Of a stretch of DNA of 32,000 nucleotides, positions 1-7,734 are shown piece after piece. Position numbers and translations under genes: made by a program. Source of the DNA: Nitratidesulfovibrio vulgaris str. Hildenborough (GTDB taxonomy: Bacteria > Desulfobacterota > Desulfovibrionia > Desulfovibrionales > Desulfovibrionaceae). The stretch is taken from contig NC_002937.3 of NCBI RefSeq assembly GCF_000195755.1, positions 2,970,001 through 3,002,000 of the forward strand, given 5' to 3'. Positions within the stretch are counted from its first letter, which is position 1; every line of letters starts with the position of its first letter. The notes beneath the pieces were generated by a model, which was not told where the DNA came from, made no database searches, and saw only the letters and a list, made by a program, of their open reading frames with translations.

Positions 1-1476
1 GTTCCCGTGCCCGTCGCGGTAGGCACTGCCCCAGAGAATCTCGGCCAGTGCCGGAAAGGTCGGCGCGGTACCGCACTGGATGAGCCAGCTTTCATCCTCC
101 TGCCCCCAGCCGAAGGCGCGGATGACATAGCGGAAGTAGCCCCGGTGCTCGTCACTGCCCTGCGTGTCGATACCTGCCACCAGTGCGGCGATGCGCGGCG
201 TACCGTCTTCGGCAAGCGGCCCCGGCACCATGCCGCGCGGCCTGTCGTCGCACAGGGCAAGAATGCGGTCCTCGTCGCGGTCCATGCGATAGACCCGCCA
301 CGGTTCCGCCTTGAAGTTGTTGCAGAAGTCCTTCAGGTCCTCCTGATTCTTCGAGGCGTTCCACCGCAGGAAGGACGCCGCCACCTTGGACAGCGACACG
401 AAATACGAGAGCCATGCAGGCAGATGAAAACCGACGTTCGCGGGCCGGTGCGTGTCGAGGTGGGCCTTCAGTTCAAGCCCTGTCGAGCGTTCACGCCACA
501 GGCCAAGGCGCACGGCCCGGTCGCGGTCGCCGTCGTGCCATACGCTACCGCAATGCTCGCATACATACTCGGCAAGCTGGCGCGAAAGCACGTCCTCCGG
601 GTCGCGGACGTCCTCGGGCCAGCGGATTCTGTCAAAGGTCATCAGCTGTTCCATGGCGCAATGCGGGCAGCGCACATGAAAGTCGAACACGGCCTGCGCC
701 TCGCGCGTCATGTATTGCCAGATGCCTGTCGATTCCACCGTGGGGGTGGATATCTTCCAGATACGCGCCTTATGCCGCCACGTGATGGTGCGCTTCTCGG
801 CAAGGGCTTCGGCGGAGGCCTCGTTCCGGCTGCCCTGGTACTTGTCCAGTTCATCCAGCACGAGATAGCGGATGGGCTTGTTGCCAAGCCGTGCGGCAGA
901 CCCCGACCATGCGAGGAAGATGGGCATATGCCGCAAGTTGATGCGCAGGCTTGAGCGGTCGTCGGCCGAGCCTGTCAGATAGGTGGCGAGGCGCGGACTG
1001 CCCTCTATCATGGGCTGGATGCGGTCCTTGGCGTTCTCGCGGGCGGTGAGTTCATCGGGGTAGACGTACATGACCGGCCCCGGGGAACGGTCGATGGCGT
1101 AACCGATGCAATTGTGGATGGCCTCGGTGATGCCCGACTGCGGGCACTTGCAGATGCCTATCTTCCGCACCGCCTCGTGAAAGCTGGCGTCCATGATGCC
1201 CGCGCTGTAGGGCGTGATGGAGTTGTGCCAACGCCCGGGAATGGTGGAGTACGCCACCACGCGGTGACGCTCGGCCCACTGGCTTACCGGCATGGGTGCG
1301 CGCCGGCGCATGACGGCACGCTCGGCCATGGAGAAGTTGAAGCGGTACACGCCGGGCCGCCCTGTCTGGCGTTCGTGCAGGCGTGAACCGATTTCGCGCG
1401 CAGTGCCCGCAGGCAGGCGAACCACAACGCGCAGGCAGTCGTCATTCTTCGGCTTCGGCAACAGGGTCGGAGTCAT
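1..1476 (-). CDS. Phage terminase large subunit, lambda GpA family (5' part only; the gene continues beyond the left edge)
   Basis: I translated the minus strand by hand. The frame is open for 492 codons from ATG 1476 (GAGG sits 9 nt upstream) to position 1, and is missing from the ORF track because no stop lies in the window. The product reads ...MPVSQWAERHRVVAYSTIPGRWHNSITPYSAGIMD...YLVLDELDKY...FHVRCPHCAMEQLMTF...YVCEHCGSVW...GIDTQGSDEHRGYFRYVIRAFGWGQEDESWLIQCG. It is collinear with lambda gpA motifs (WA..Y, FHVACPHCGEEQ, YLCEH, GIDSQ..RVWGWGPGEESWLID). The start is uncertain (ATG 1476, GTG 1425 or ATG 1293). Confidence 0.85.
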   Translation of the reverse strand, partial: MTPTLLPKPKNDDCLRVVVRLPAGTAREIGSRLHERQTGRPGVYRFNFSMAERAVMRRRAPMPVSQWAERHRVVAYSTIPGRWHNSITPYSAGIMDASFHEAVRKIGICKCPQSGITEAIHNCIGYAIDRSPGPVMYVYPDELTARENAKDRIQPMIEGSPRLATYLTGSADDRSSLRINLRHMPIFLAWSGSAARLGNKPIRYLVLDELDKYQGSRNEASAEALAEKRTITWRHKARIWKISTPTVESTGIWQYMTREAQAVFDFHVRCPHCAMEQLMTFDRIRWPEDVRDPEDVLSRQLAEYVCEHCGSVWHDGDRDRAVRLGLWRERSTGLELKAHLDTHRPANVGFHLPAWLSYFVSLSKVAASFLRWNASKNQEDLKDFCNNFKAEPWRVYRMDRDEDRILALCDDRPRGMVPGPLAEDGTPRIAALVAGIDTQGSDEHRGYFRYVIRAFGWGQEDESWLIQCGTAPTFPALAEILWGSAYRDGHGN

Positions 1477-2164
1477 CAAACACAACCTCGTAGGTCATAG
1501 GACGCGCATACTCGTTGAGTGCCGCGTCCAGTTGGCGTTCAAAGAACGACAGAAGGTCGGGGGCTTTCTTCGGATTGCCCTCGGCGGTGTGGATGAGGTC
1601 GAGCAGGCTCGTCTCGAACATGGTTCGCAGACCCGTTGCCAGCACCCCGGCACGGGCCGCCAGTTCGACCTCCACGTCATCGCGCAGGATGTACTTGCCG
1701 GCGCGCACCTCGTTCTTGAACCGTTCGGCCTTGGCCTGTTCCTCAAGCTTCTCGGCCTCTGCCTTGGCCTTGCGCGAGGCGTATTCCTGCGCCTCTGCCG
1801 TTTCCTTCTCGGGCAGGGCGTGGGTGGGCAGGCTGGCCGCGTAACGGTCCACGTCACGCTTGCGGTACGTCCCATCCGGCTGTGCCTTCAGAAGCCCCCT
1901 TCCCTTGTCCTGATACAATTTGCTCTGGCTGATCTTTCGCCCCTGCTCCTGCAGATGTGCCAGCACATCCTTGAGCGAGCCGAAGCTCTGCTTTGTGTGC
2001 ATCACTTGCTCCAGCATCTTTGTGACCCGCTCAAGGAGCCGCAGGTGCTCCGCCGACGGATCATCATTCACCAGACGCTTGGCGGCCTCTTTGGCTTTGA
2101 GCAGCAAGGGCAGATCGGTCTCCGCACTCTTGTCCACGAGAGACAGCAAATCATGCTCATGCAT
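1442..2164 (-). CDS. Hypothetical phage protein, probable small terminase subunit (Nu1-like by position)
   Basis: 240 aa from ATG 2164, with GGAGG 6 nt upstream. It lies immediately upstream of, and overlaps, the GpA-type TerL. It has a K/E-rich coiled-coil centre (EAQEYASRKAKAEAEKLEEQAKAERFKNE) and normal amino-acid composition. The function is inferred mainly from gene order. Confidence 0.45.
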   Translation of the reverse strand: MHEHDLLSLVDKSAETDLPLLLKAKEAAKRLVNDDPSAEHLRLLERVTKMLEQVMHTKQSFGSLKDVLAHLQEQGRKISQSKLYQDKGRGLLKAQPDGTYRKRDVDRYAASLPTHALPEKETAEAQEYASRKAKAEAEKLEEQAKAERFKNEVRAGKYILRDDVEVELAARAGVLATGLRTMFETSLLDLIHTAEGNPKKAPDLLSFFERQLDAALNEYARPMTYEVVFDDSDPVAEAEE

Positions 2165-3515
2165 GAGCCACCTCCCTCGCCAGCTGCACATCGGCAAATG
2201 ACGCGCCGCCTTCCAGTACCGCTGTCTTGCCTGTGACTTCCTCCCAGCGCCGGACGATCACGTCCGCAAAACGGGGATCAAGCTCCATCGTATTGCAGCG
2301 CCTTCCCATGCGCTCGCAGGCGATGAGTGTCGTTCCGGAACCGCCGCAGGGGTCGAGCACCAGCCCGCCGCGAGGAGAGCTGTTGGCCACCATGCGTTCC
2401 ACGAGTGCCACGGGCTTCATCGTGGGATGCAACTCGGAGCGTGCGGGCTTTGCCACCGCAAGAATCGAGGTGGAGACCTCCTCCACCGTCACATCCTGCC
2501 CCCGGATGAGCAGCACAGCGTCTCCCGTAGCCACCTGCCACACGCCCTCGCCAGCAGGCAGGACCGTCTGCCCAGCGAAGTGCTCCAGCAGCGTGGTGTG
2601 CTTGCGGTTGCCGTACCAGCGGTGCTTGCCCGTCGGCTTCCACCCGTAGAGGATGGGTTCGTGCTGCCAGTGATAGTCGCCTCGCCCAAGTACGAGTTGA
2701 TGCTTCCGCCAGATGAGGCATGACGCGAGCTTGTAGCCGGCGTGGGCAAAGGCCTTGCGAAACGCCGTACCGCCTCCGGCCTCGGAATGGGCCACATAGG
2801 CGGCAGCCCCGTCAGCCAAAGCTTCATAGGAACGCGACAGAAGACGCAGCAGGAACGCGTCGAAGTCTTCCGGACTCATCTTGTCATTCCGGATCTTGCC
2901 AGCCTTGCCGGAGTAGTCGACGTTGTAAGGCGGATCGGTCCACAGCATGTCTGCCTGCTCGCCAGCCATGAGCCGGACAACATCTTCCACAGACGTGCTG
3001 TCGCCGCAGAGAAGACGATGCCCACCCATGTTCCAGACATCACCCGGGCGGGATGTAGGTGCTTCAGGGAGAGGTGGAACCATGTCCGGATCGGTCTCTC
3101 CGGCTAGGGCGACTCCCTGCAGGAAGGCGTCGAGTTCCGCATCGGCGAAGCCGGTCATCGTCAGGTCCACGCCGAAGTCGCGCAGGCTGGCCAGTTCGAC
3201 GCGCAATGCCTCGTCGTCCCATTCGGCCCATGTCGCCGAACGGTTGACCAGCAACCGGAAGGTCCGCACCTGCGTTGGCGTCATGTCATCCACGACGATC
3301 ACCGGCACACTGGTCATGCCCATGGCAATCGCCGCCTTGAGCCGCAAGTGGCCGTCCACCACCTCTCCAGCCCCGGTGACCAGCAAGGGTATCCGGAAGC
3401 CGAACATACGCAGGGCGTCCACCATACGGGGTATGGCATCGTCATTACGACGGGTGGCATGTTCGCTGTGGTGAAGCCTGTCCACGGGCCAGTTCTCTAT
3501 GTTGAGGTTTTCCAT
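2157..3515 (-). CDS. ParB-like nuclease domain fused to a beta-class N6-adenine/N4-cytosine DNA methyltransferase
   Basis: The N-terminal ~130 aa look ParB/Srx-like (IENWPVDRL...IPLLVT..GEVVDGHLRLKAA..MG...VPVIVVDD). The C-terminal part has motif IV TDPPYN ahead of motif I LDPCGGSGTT, the beta-class order seen in the PF01555-type family. The stop overlaps the next gene's ATG (ATGCATGA). Confidence 0.85.
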   Translation of the reverse strand: MENLNIENWPVDRLHHSEHATRRNDDAIPRMVDALRMFGFRIPLLVTGAGEVVDGHLRLKAAIAMGMTSVPVIVVDDMTPTQVRTFRLLVNRSATWAEWDDEALRVELASLRDFGVDLTMTGFADAELDAFLQGVALAGETDPDMVPPLPEAPTSRPGDVWNMGGHRLLCGDSTSVEDVVRLMAGEQADMLWTDPPYNVDYSGKAGKIRNDKMSPEDFDAFLLRLLSRSYEALADGAAAYVAHSEAGGGTAFRKAFAHAGYKLASCLIWRKHQLVLGRGDYHWQHEPILYGWKPTGKHRWYGNRKHTTLLEHFAGQTVLPAGEGVWQVATGDAVLLIRGQDVTVEEVSTSILAVAKPARSELHPTMKPVALVERMVANSSPRGGLVLDPCGGSGTTLIACERMGRRCNTMELDPRFADVIVRRWEEVTGKTAVLEGGASFADVQLAREVAHA

Positions 3516-3641
3516 CCGCTAGGATTCCTGTTATGCCTCTGCCGCCGTTGGCATGAGGGTTGGGTCGGTCCTGGTCGGATGCTGCTACATCCGGTCGCCC
3601 TGAAGAGCGGCAACTCTGCAGGGCAACCCTCACCTTGGTTG

Positions 3642-5198
3642 TCAGCAACAGGCCGCGTCGTTTTGATGCGGTCTGTTGGCGTTGTTGGCGTTGGAACGCC
3701 GTGCCCTGCACAGCAGATTGTCCGGGGTGATGATGCGGGCGGGGTGCTCTGCGAAGTAGTCCCACAAGGCCGGTGTGGCGTCGAAACGCCGAAGCAGTTC
3801 GTGCAGGCGGGCCATGTGGCGCTTGCCCCACGGGGCGGGGTACTGCCACTCGTACCCGCCGGAGTTGAAGCGCACGTACTTCACCGGCATGCCCTCCCAC
3901 AGGGAACGGAAGGCCAGCACCGTCTGCAGAACATCCGGCGGGAGGCCGCACGAGGATGCGGCAGCAGCCGCCGGGGTGGGAATGGGTGCGGGTGCAGTCG
4001 CACACGGGGCGACGGCGGGTGCGGAGGACGCTGTGGGAGCCTGCTCGACAGACGAAAGCTGCGCCGCGCCCCGAGCCTTTGCATGTTCCATGGCCAGCAC
4101 CGGAGGCAACCCGGCAAGAATCCACGCCCGCAGGTCCTCACCCTGCTTGAAGGCGTCACCGGGGTCCTTTCCAGCAGGAACGGGCCACCGCTTTGCCTGC
4201 GGGTAGGTCTCGCGCCACCACGCCCAGCCGTCTGCCCCCGGGCCGTCGTAGTCCAGTGCCACGAGGATGGACGCAGCGGATTGCAACGCTGTGTGGGCTG
4301 TGGCGTCAGGACGGCCCCGGTTTGTCAGCACGGCCAGCGCACCGACAAGGTCGCCAGCGGCATGATGCACGAGCATGGCGTCCAGTTCGGCCTCGACCAC
4401 GACCACCGCACGAGGAGCCTCGCCCAGCAGCATCGTGGTGCGCCCGCAACCGCCCTCGACGAGCATGTACTTGTCGCCCCACTGCTCCACATCGCCGTCG
4501 GGCCTGCGGATTCGGATACGCACCGGCGCGCCATCCTGCCCGGCAGGCCCGTAGGCCGGAATGATGATGCCACGGGGGATGAACATGCTGGTTCTCGGCT
4601 TGCCGTCTTTGCCTTCCTTGGGCTGAAGACCCCACGCAGAGCGAGCGCGAAAGACGCCCTGCCGTCCCTGTTCCCCGGCGAGGTAGCCAATGCGGTAGCG
4701 ACGCACAGCGGCCTCGGGAAGCCCACGCTCGGCAAGATAGGCCAGCGCCCGGGGCGTGCGCAGCAAGGCAGCATGGGCATCGGCCACGAACTTACCTGCC
4801 TGGGCTGACCAGATGTCACCCGGTAAGGCCGAGGGCTTCGGCTGGAAGCAGGCCTTGCGGGTCGCCTTGGGCATGGCGGGCAGCCTGCCGGGTACGAAGG
4901 TCGTGCGCTCTATGCCCAGTTCCTTGCAGGCTTCGGCCCACTCAAGACGCTCGACCGTGAGCAGGTACTCGAGCACATCGCCGCCCTTCTGTTCCTGACG
5001 GCAGAACCATGTGCCGACCACTCCGGCCTTGGCGCAGGCAGGACCGCCCGGCTGTTCAGGCCAGATGCGGAAGCGGTCACGCCCGCCGCACACCGGACAC
5101 GGGCTAGCGAACTCCTCGCCCCTGTCCCCCCTGCCGGTGGACACCTTTCTGGGCTGCAGACCACGGGCAGCAAGTCTTTCAAGCAACGGCGCTCTCAT
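3642..5198 (-). CDS. Phage DNA primase (Zn-ribbon + TOPRIM) with an uncharacterised C-terminal domain
   Basis: It has CPVCGGRDRFRIW...WFCRQEQKGGDVLEYL (P4/T7-style primase zinc ribbon, second half degenerate). TOPRIM acidic motifs are VVVVEAELDAML and LVALDYDGPG. An Ala/Pro linker follows, then ~110 aa with no family I recognise. I chose the start at ATG 5198 (GGGAGG 9 nt upstream). In-frame alternatives lie at 5267 and 5327, inside an AT-rich stretch. Confidence 0.7.
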   Translation of the reverse strand: MRAPLLERLAARGLQPRKVSTGRGDRGEEFASPCPVCGGRDRFRIWPEQPGGPACAKAGVVGTWFCRQEQKGGDVLEYLLTVERLEWAEACKELGIERTTFVPGRLPAMPKATRKACFQPKPSALPGDIWSAQAGKFVADAHAALLRTPRALAYLAERGLPEAAVRRYRIGYLAGEQGRQGVFRARSAWGLQPKEGKDGKPRTSMFIPRGIIIPAYGPAGQDGAPVRIRIRRPDGDVEQWGDKYMLVEGGCGRTTMLLGEAPRAVVVVEAELDAMLVHHAAGDLVGALAVLTNRGRPDATAHTALQSAASILVALDYDGPGADGWAWWRETYPQAKRWPVPAGKDPGDAFKQGEDLRAWILAGLPPVLAMEHAKARGAAQLSSVEQAPTASSAPAVAPCATAPAPIPTPAAAAASSCGLPPDVLQTVLAFRSLWEGMPVKYVRFNSGGYEWQYPAPWGKRHMARLHELLRRFDATPALWDYFAEHPARIITPDNLLCRARRSNANNANRPHQNDAACC

Positions 5199-5464
5199 TC
5201 GACTGAACCTCCCAATATCCCTGAAATCTCCCAGCTCATTTCTTTCTTTAACCTTATGTTTTTCCATAATAAATTTAATGAATGGGAGCATGGGACATTC
5301 GACGTGGGCGATGCACACAACTCGCAATCATGCGCATGTGCGTGGCAAGATACCGCTGCGGACTCTCCCAACCTCCAGACGTGACTATTCCTCCAATCAT
5401 CACTGAATGTTGTGACTGCGCGTCCGTCATTACAACGGGAGCTTTTGGGAGGTTTCCGTGCGGC

Positions 5465-7150
5465 CTAGTCAAAGAGCTTCCTCCTTTTGGCAGAGGACGC
5501 GTCAGACGAACTCGTATCCGCAGCCATCTCGTCCTCGACCTCGGGCAGAAGCGAGACGCCAAGGTAGACCATGCCGCCCGACTTCTTCTTGGGAATGCCC
5601 TTCTTGGCGAGGATGTCACCAAGCCGCCGGGCGCTATACGAGTAGGAAGAGTCCACGTTCTTGTGCAGCCACCAGTTGAAGGCGTTGAGCAGCACCGTGG
5701 CACTTGTCCGCGTGGCAGGTTCGATGCCCTCGACGACCTGCTCGATCTCGCAGCACTCGGTCAGGAAGCGGCCCACATCGTCGAAGGCTCTGCGCCGCTC
5801 GCGCGTACAGGCCAGCACCTCTTCAGGCGGGTTGAGTCCGACACGCTGGTACTCGAGGCACCCGCGCACCAGCCACGCGAGGATGCCGGGAAGCTCTTTC
5901 ATCAGCTTGTGCTCCATCTGTGGATCACGGGGCCGTTCGTCAGGCGTGGTCGGATGATCCACGAAACGGAGCTTCCACGGCACGGCGAGGGTGCGCGTCC
6001 AGAAGGCGTCGTCGTCGGCCTTGGCGCGCGGTATCTCGTTGGTCAGAAGGAACAGCAGATGCGTCTGCTTCCATGTGGTGTAGAGCTTGTCCTGAAGGCC
6101 CCGGGCCATGAGGTTGCTGCCGCCCGTCAGCCACTTGATCTTGGACATGGCGAACTTCTGGCCGTCCTCGGCTTCGGTGGCGAAGGCCATGCGCTTGCCG
6201 CGCAGGGCGAGCACGTCGGGCGAAGGCCCCGCGCTGCTTCGCGGCTGCTTGGTATCCAGCAACAGCGCCGTGTCGATGGTCGAAGCGAGGTCATCGCCAA
6301 GGATGGCGGTCAGTATCTTCAGAAGGGTGTCTTTACCGTTGCGCCCCCGCGCCCCGTAAAACACGAACCAGTAGTGATCATCCCTCGCTCCCATGATGCC
6401 GTAGCCGAACACGCGCTGCAGGAACGACACGATGGCCTCGTTCTCATGGCAGGAGTACATGAACCGCTCGAACTGCGGGCACGGCGCATCGATGCCGGCC
6501 CATTCGATGGGACAGGCGTTGAGCACATAGTCGTCAGGATGGCCGGGGCGGAACTCCCCTGTCCGCAGATCGATGACCCCGTTCCGGCAGGCAAGCAGGA
6601 ACGGCTGCTGGTCGAGTTCATCACCCGTGATGGCAAGGGGGTCGGCGATGGTGTGGGTACACCGGAGCAGCTGCTCGCGCCCGGACGGTGCCCGAAGGAA
6701 GCTGACACGCTTGAGCAATTCCTCGCGCTTGCGCTCGAGCAGGGCCTTCTCGTCCCCCACGGCGTCGTCGGCTTGCTTCGACAGGCTCGAGACAGCACGG
6801 AGGTACGCTTCGCACACGGCCTCGACCGCAGCCTGTGAGGTCTCCATGATGTCCTCTTCCCAGTGATGCCCGGCCCAGCGGATGAAGCGCCCCCAGCGTT
6901 TGACGTAGACGAACTTTCCTCGGTTTAGCGCGTTGAAGAGCATGGCGTCGCCAACGCGATTGGCCTTCAGGCACTTCAGTATGAAGTCGTCACTGAGTGC
7001 GGGCACTTCATCTCTCGGGGCAACCGGGCGTGACGCCTCTTCATCTTTGACGCGGGCTGCCACTCTCGCGGCCATATCAGCCGTGGCAGGCACAGACGGC
7101 GCGGCAGCACCGACTTCAGGCAACGCATCGCCGGTACGATCTTCATGCAT
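5465..7150 (-). CDS. Phage/plasmid primase-helicase, P4/D5 family (D5_N + SF3 helicase NTPase)
   Basis: Walker A is YGARGRNGKDTLL and Walker B-like is HLLFLLTNE. The layout is typical of the P4 alpha C-terminal / poxvirus D5 family (FLLACRNGVIDLRTGEFRPGHPDDY...CPQFERFM). The start at ATG 7150 has GGAG 7 nt upstream. Confidence 0.85.
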   Translation of the reverse strand: MHEDRTGDALPEVGAAAPSVPATADMAARVAARVKDEEASRPVAPRDEVPALSDDFILKCLKANRVGDAMLFNALNRGKFVYVKRWGRFIRWAGHHWEEDIMETSQAAVEAVCEAYLRAVSSLSKQADDAVGDEKALLERKREELLKRVSFLRAPSGREQLLRCTHTIADPLAITGDELDQQPFLLACRNGVIDLRTGEFRPGHPDDYVLNACPIEWAGIDAPCPQFERFMYSCHENEAIVSFLQRVFGYGIMGARDDHYWFVFYGARGRNGKDTLLKILTAILGDDLASTIDTALLLDTKQPRSSAGPSPDVLALRGKRMAFATEAEDGQKFAMSKIKWLTGGSNLMARGLQDKLYTTWKQTHLLFLLTNEIPRAKADDDAFWTRTLAVPWKLRFVDHPTTPDERPRDPQMEHKLMKELPGILAWLVRGCLEYQRVGLNPPEEVLACTRERRRAFDDVGRFLTECCEIEQVVEGIEPATRTSATVLLNAFNWWLHKNVDSSYSYSARRLGDILAKKGIPKKKSGGMVYLGVSLLPEVEDEMAADTSSSDASSAKRRKLFD

Positions 7151-7409
7151 GACGGTACTCCATGAACCCGCCCGTACATGGTGCAATGCCCCTCAACGGG
7201 CGGGGTGCAGTGTTACGATTGTCTCTTGGCGTATGCAGCAAAGGTGTCGCGCCCGCGCGGATTCCATTTTTCCACGCAATGCGTTCCACAGTTCGCGGCC
7301 AAATCGTGGGGTCGGCAGCAGCCGTAGGCTGGCCCCCGTAGGGGAAGGACCCGCAGCCACCAGAGGGGCGCGCGGGCTTATGGGAGATTTTGGTCAGCTT
7401 CTCCGGAGA

Positions 7410-7431
7410 GGGGGGGAAGGGGGCGCGGGGG
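7410..7431 (+). other. G-quadruplex-capable G-tract (GGGGGGGAAGGGGGCGCGGGGG)
   Basis: Read directly: G7-AA-G5-CGC-G5, which satisfies G3+N1-7 x4 if the G7 run is split. It lies in the ORF-poor spacer between the helicase gene and the tRNA. Confidence 0.35.
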
Positions 7432-7579
7432 ACTGCGCCGCCCCGGAGGCCCGCGCAGCGGCGCGGGCTGAAGGAAGCACCCGTGCGGGCATGACATCGC
7501 GCACGGCGGAGGCTAGGGGCACTGTTGCGATCAACGGACCACACGGGTGCACCCTCCCCCATGCAGACCAGCAAGAAAA

Positions 7580-7598
7580 TGGTAACCGCGTGGTAACC
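7580..7598. repeat. Direct repeat of TGGTAACC spaced 11 bp start to start (possible protein-binding site)
   Basis: Read directly as TGGTAACCgcgTGGTAACC. Each unit contains the near-palindrome GGTAACC. It lies about 60-80 bp from the tRNA 3' end, near the presumed island boundary. Confidence 0.3.
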
Positions 7599-7657
7599 AT
7601 CTTCCAAAACGACGAAGAGGACACACGCGTCTCCGCATGTATCCTCTTGAAATATCT

Positions 7658-7734
7658 TGGCGCGCCCGGGAGGATTCGAACCCCCGGCCAAGAGCTTAGA
7701 AGGCTCCTGCTCTTTCCAACTGAGCTACGGGCGC
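7658..7734 (-). tRNA. tRNA-Arg (anticodon UCU), CCA encoded
   Basis: The reverse complement folds as a canonical cloverleaf. Acceptor GCGCCCG/CGGGCGC; D arm GCTC-AGTTGGAAA-GAGC; anticodon arm GGAGC-CTTCTAA-GCTCT; variable TGGCC; T arm GGGGG-TTCGAAT-CCTCC; discriminator G plus CCA. Length 77 nt. Confidence 0.95.

Larger units (their letters stand above)
1..7657 (-). mobile_element. Right-hand end of a prophage or phage-derived integrative element (replication, methylase and DNA-packaging modules), truncated by the left window edge
   Basis: Five co-directional minus-strand genes with phage hallmark functions (SF3 helicase, primase, ParB-MTase, TerS-like, GpA-type TerL). Stop/start codons overlap between the MTase/TerS and TerS/TerL pairs. 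The block ends about 0.5 kb from the 3' end of a tRNA gene, a classical integration target. Genes to the right (folC, selA...) are housekeeping. Confidence 0.7.

Noticed and set aside
7-954. 315-aa + strand ORF at the left edge
   Set aside because: It is antisense to the hand-translated GpA-type terminase frame, which has clear family motifs. The + strand product is R/G/P/A-rich with no motifs, a typical high-GC shadow ORF.
3348-6838. Long + strand ORFs 3348..4808 (486 aa) and 5282..6838 (518 aa)
   Set aside because: Both are antisense to the primase and SF3 helicase genes. Their composition is dominated by R/G/H/V/P and they carry no recognisable motifs, so they are shadow ORFs.
7143-7691. 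182-aa minus-strand ORF (and nested 76-aa ORF) in the helicase-tRNA spacer
   Set aside because: It overlaps the tRNA-Arg gene and the helicase start. It is P/R/G-rich, has no SD, and bears no resemblance to AlpA/Xis/Cro-type proteins expected at this position.
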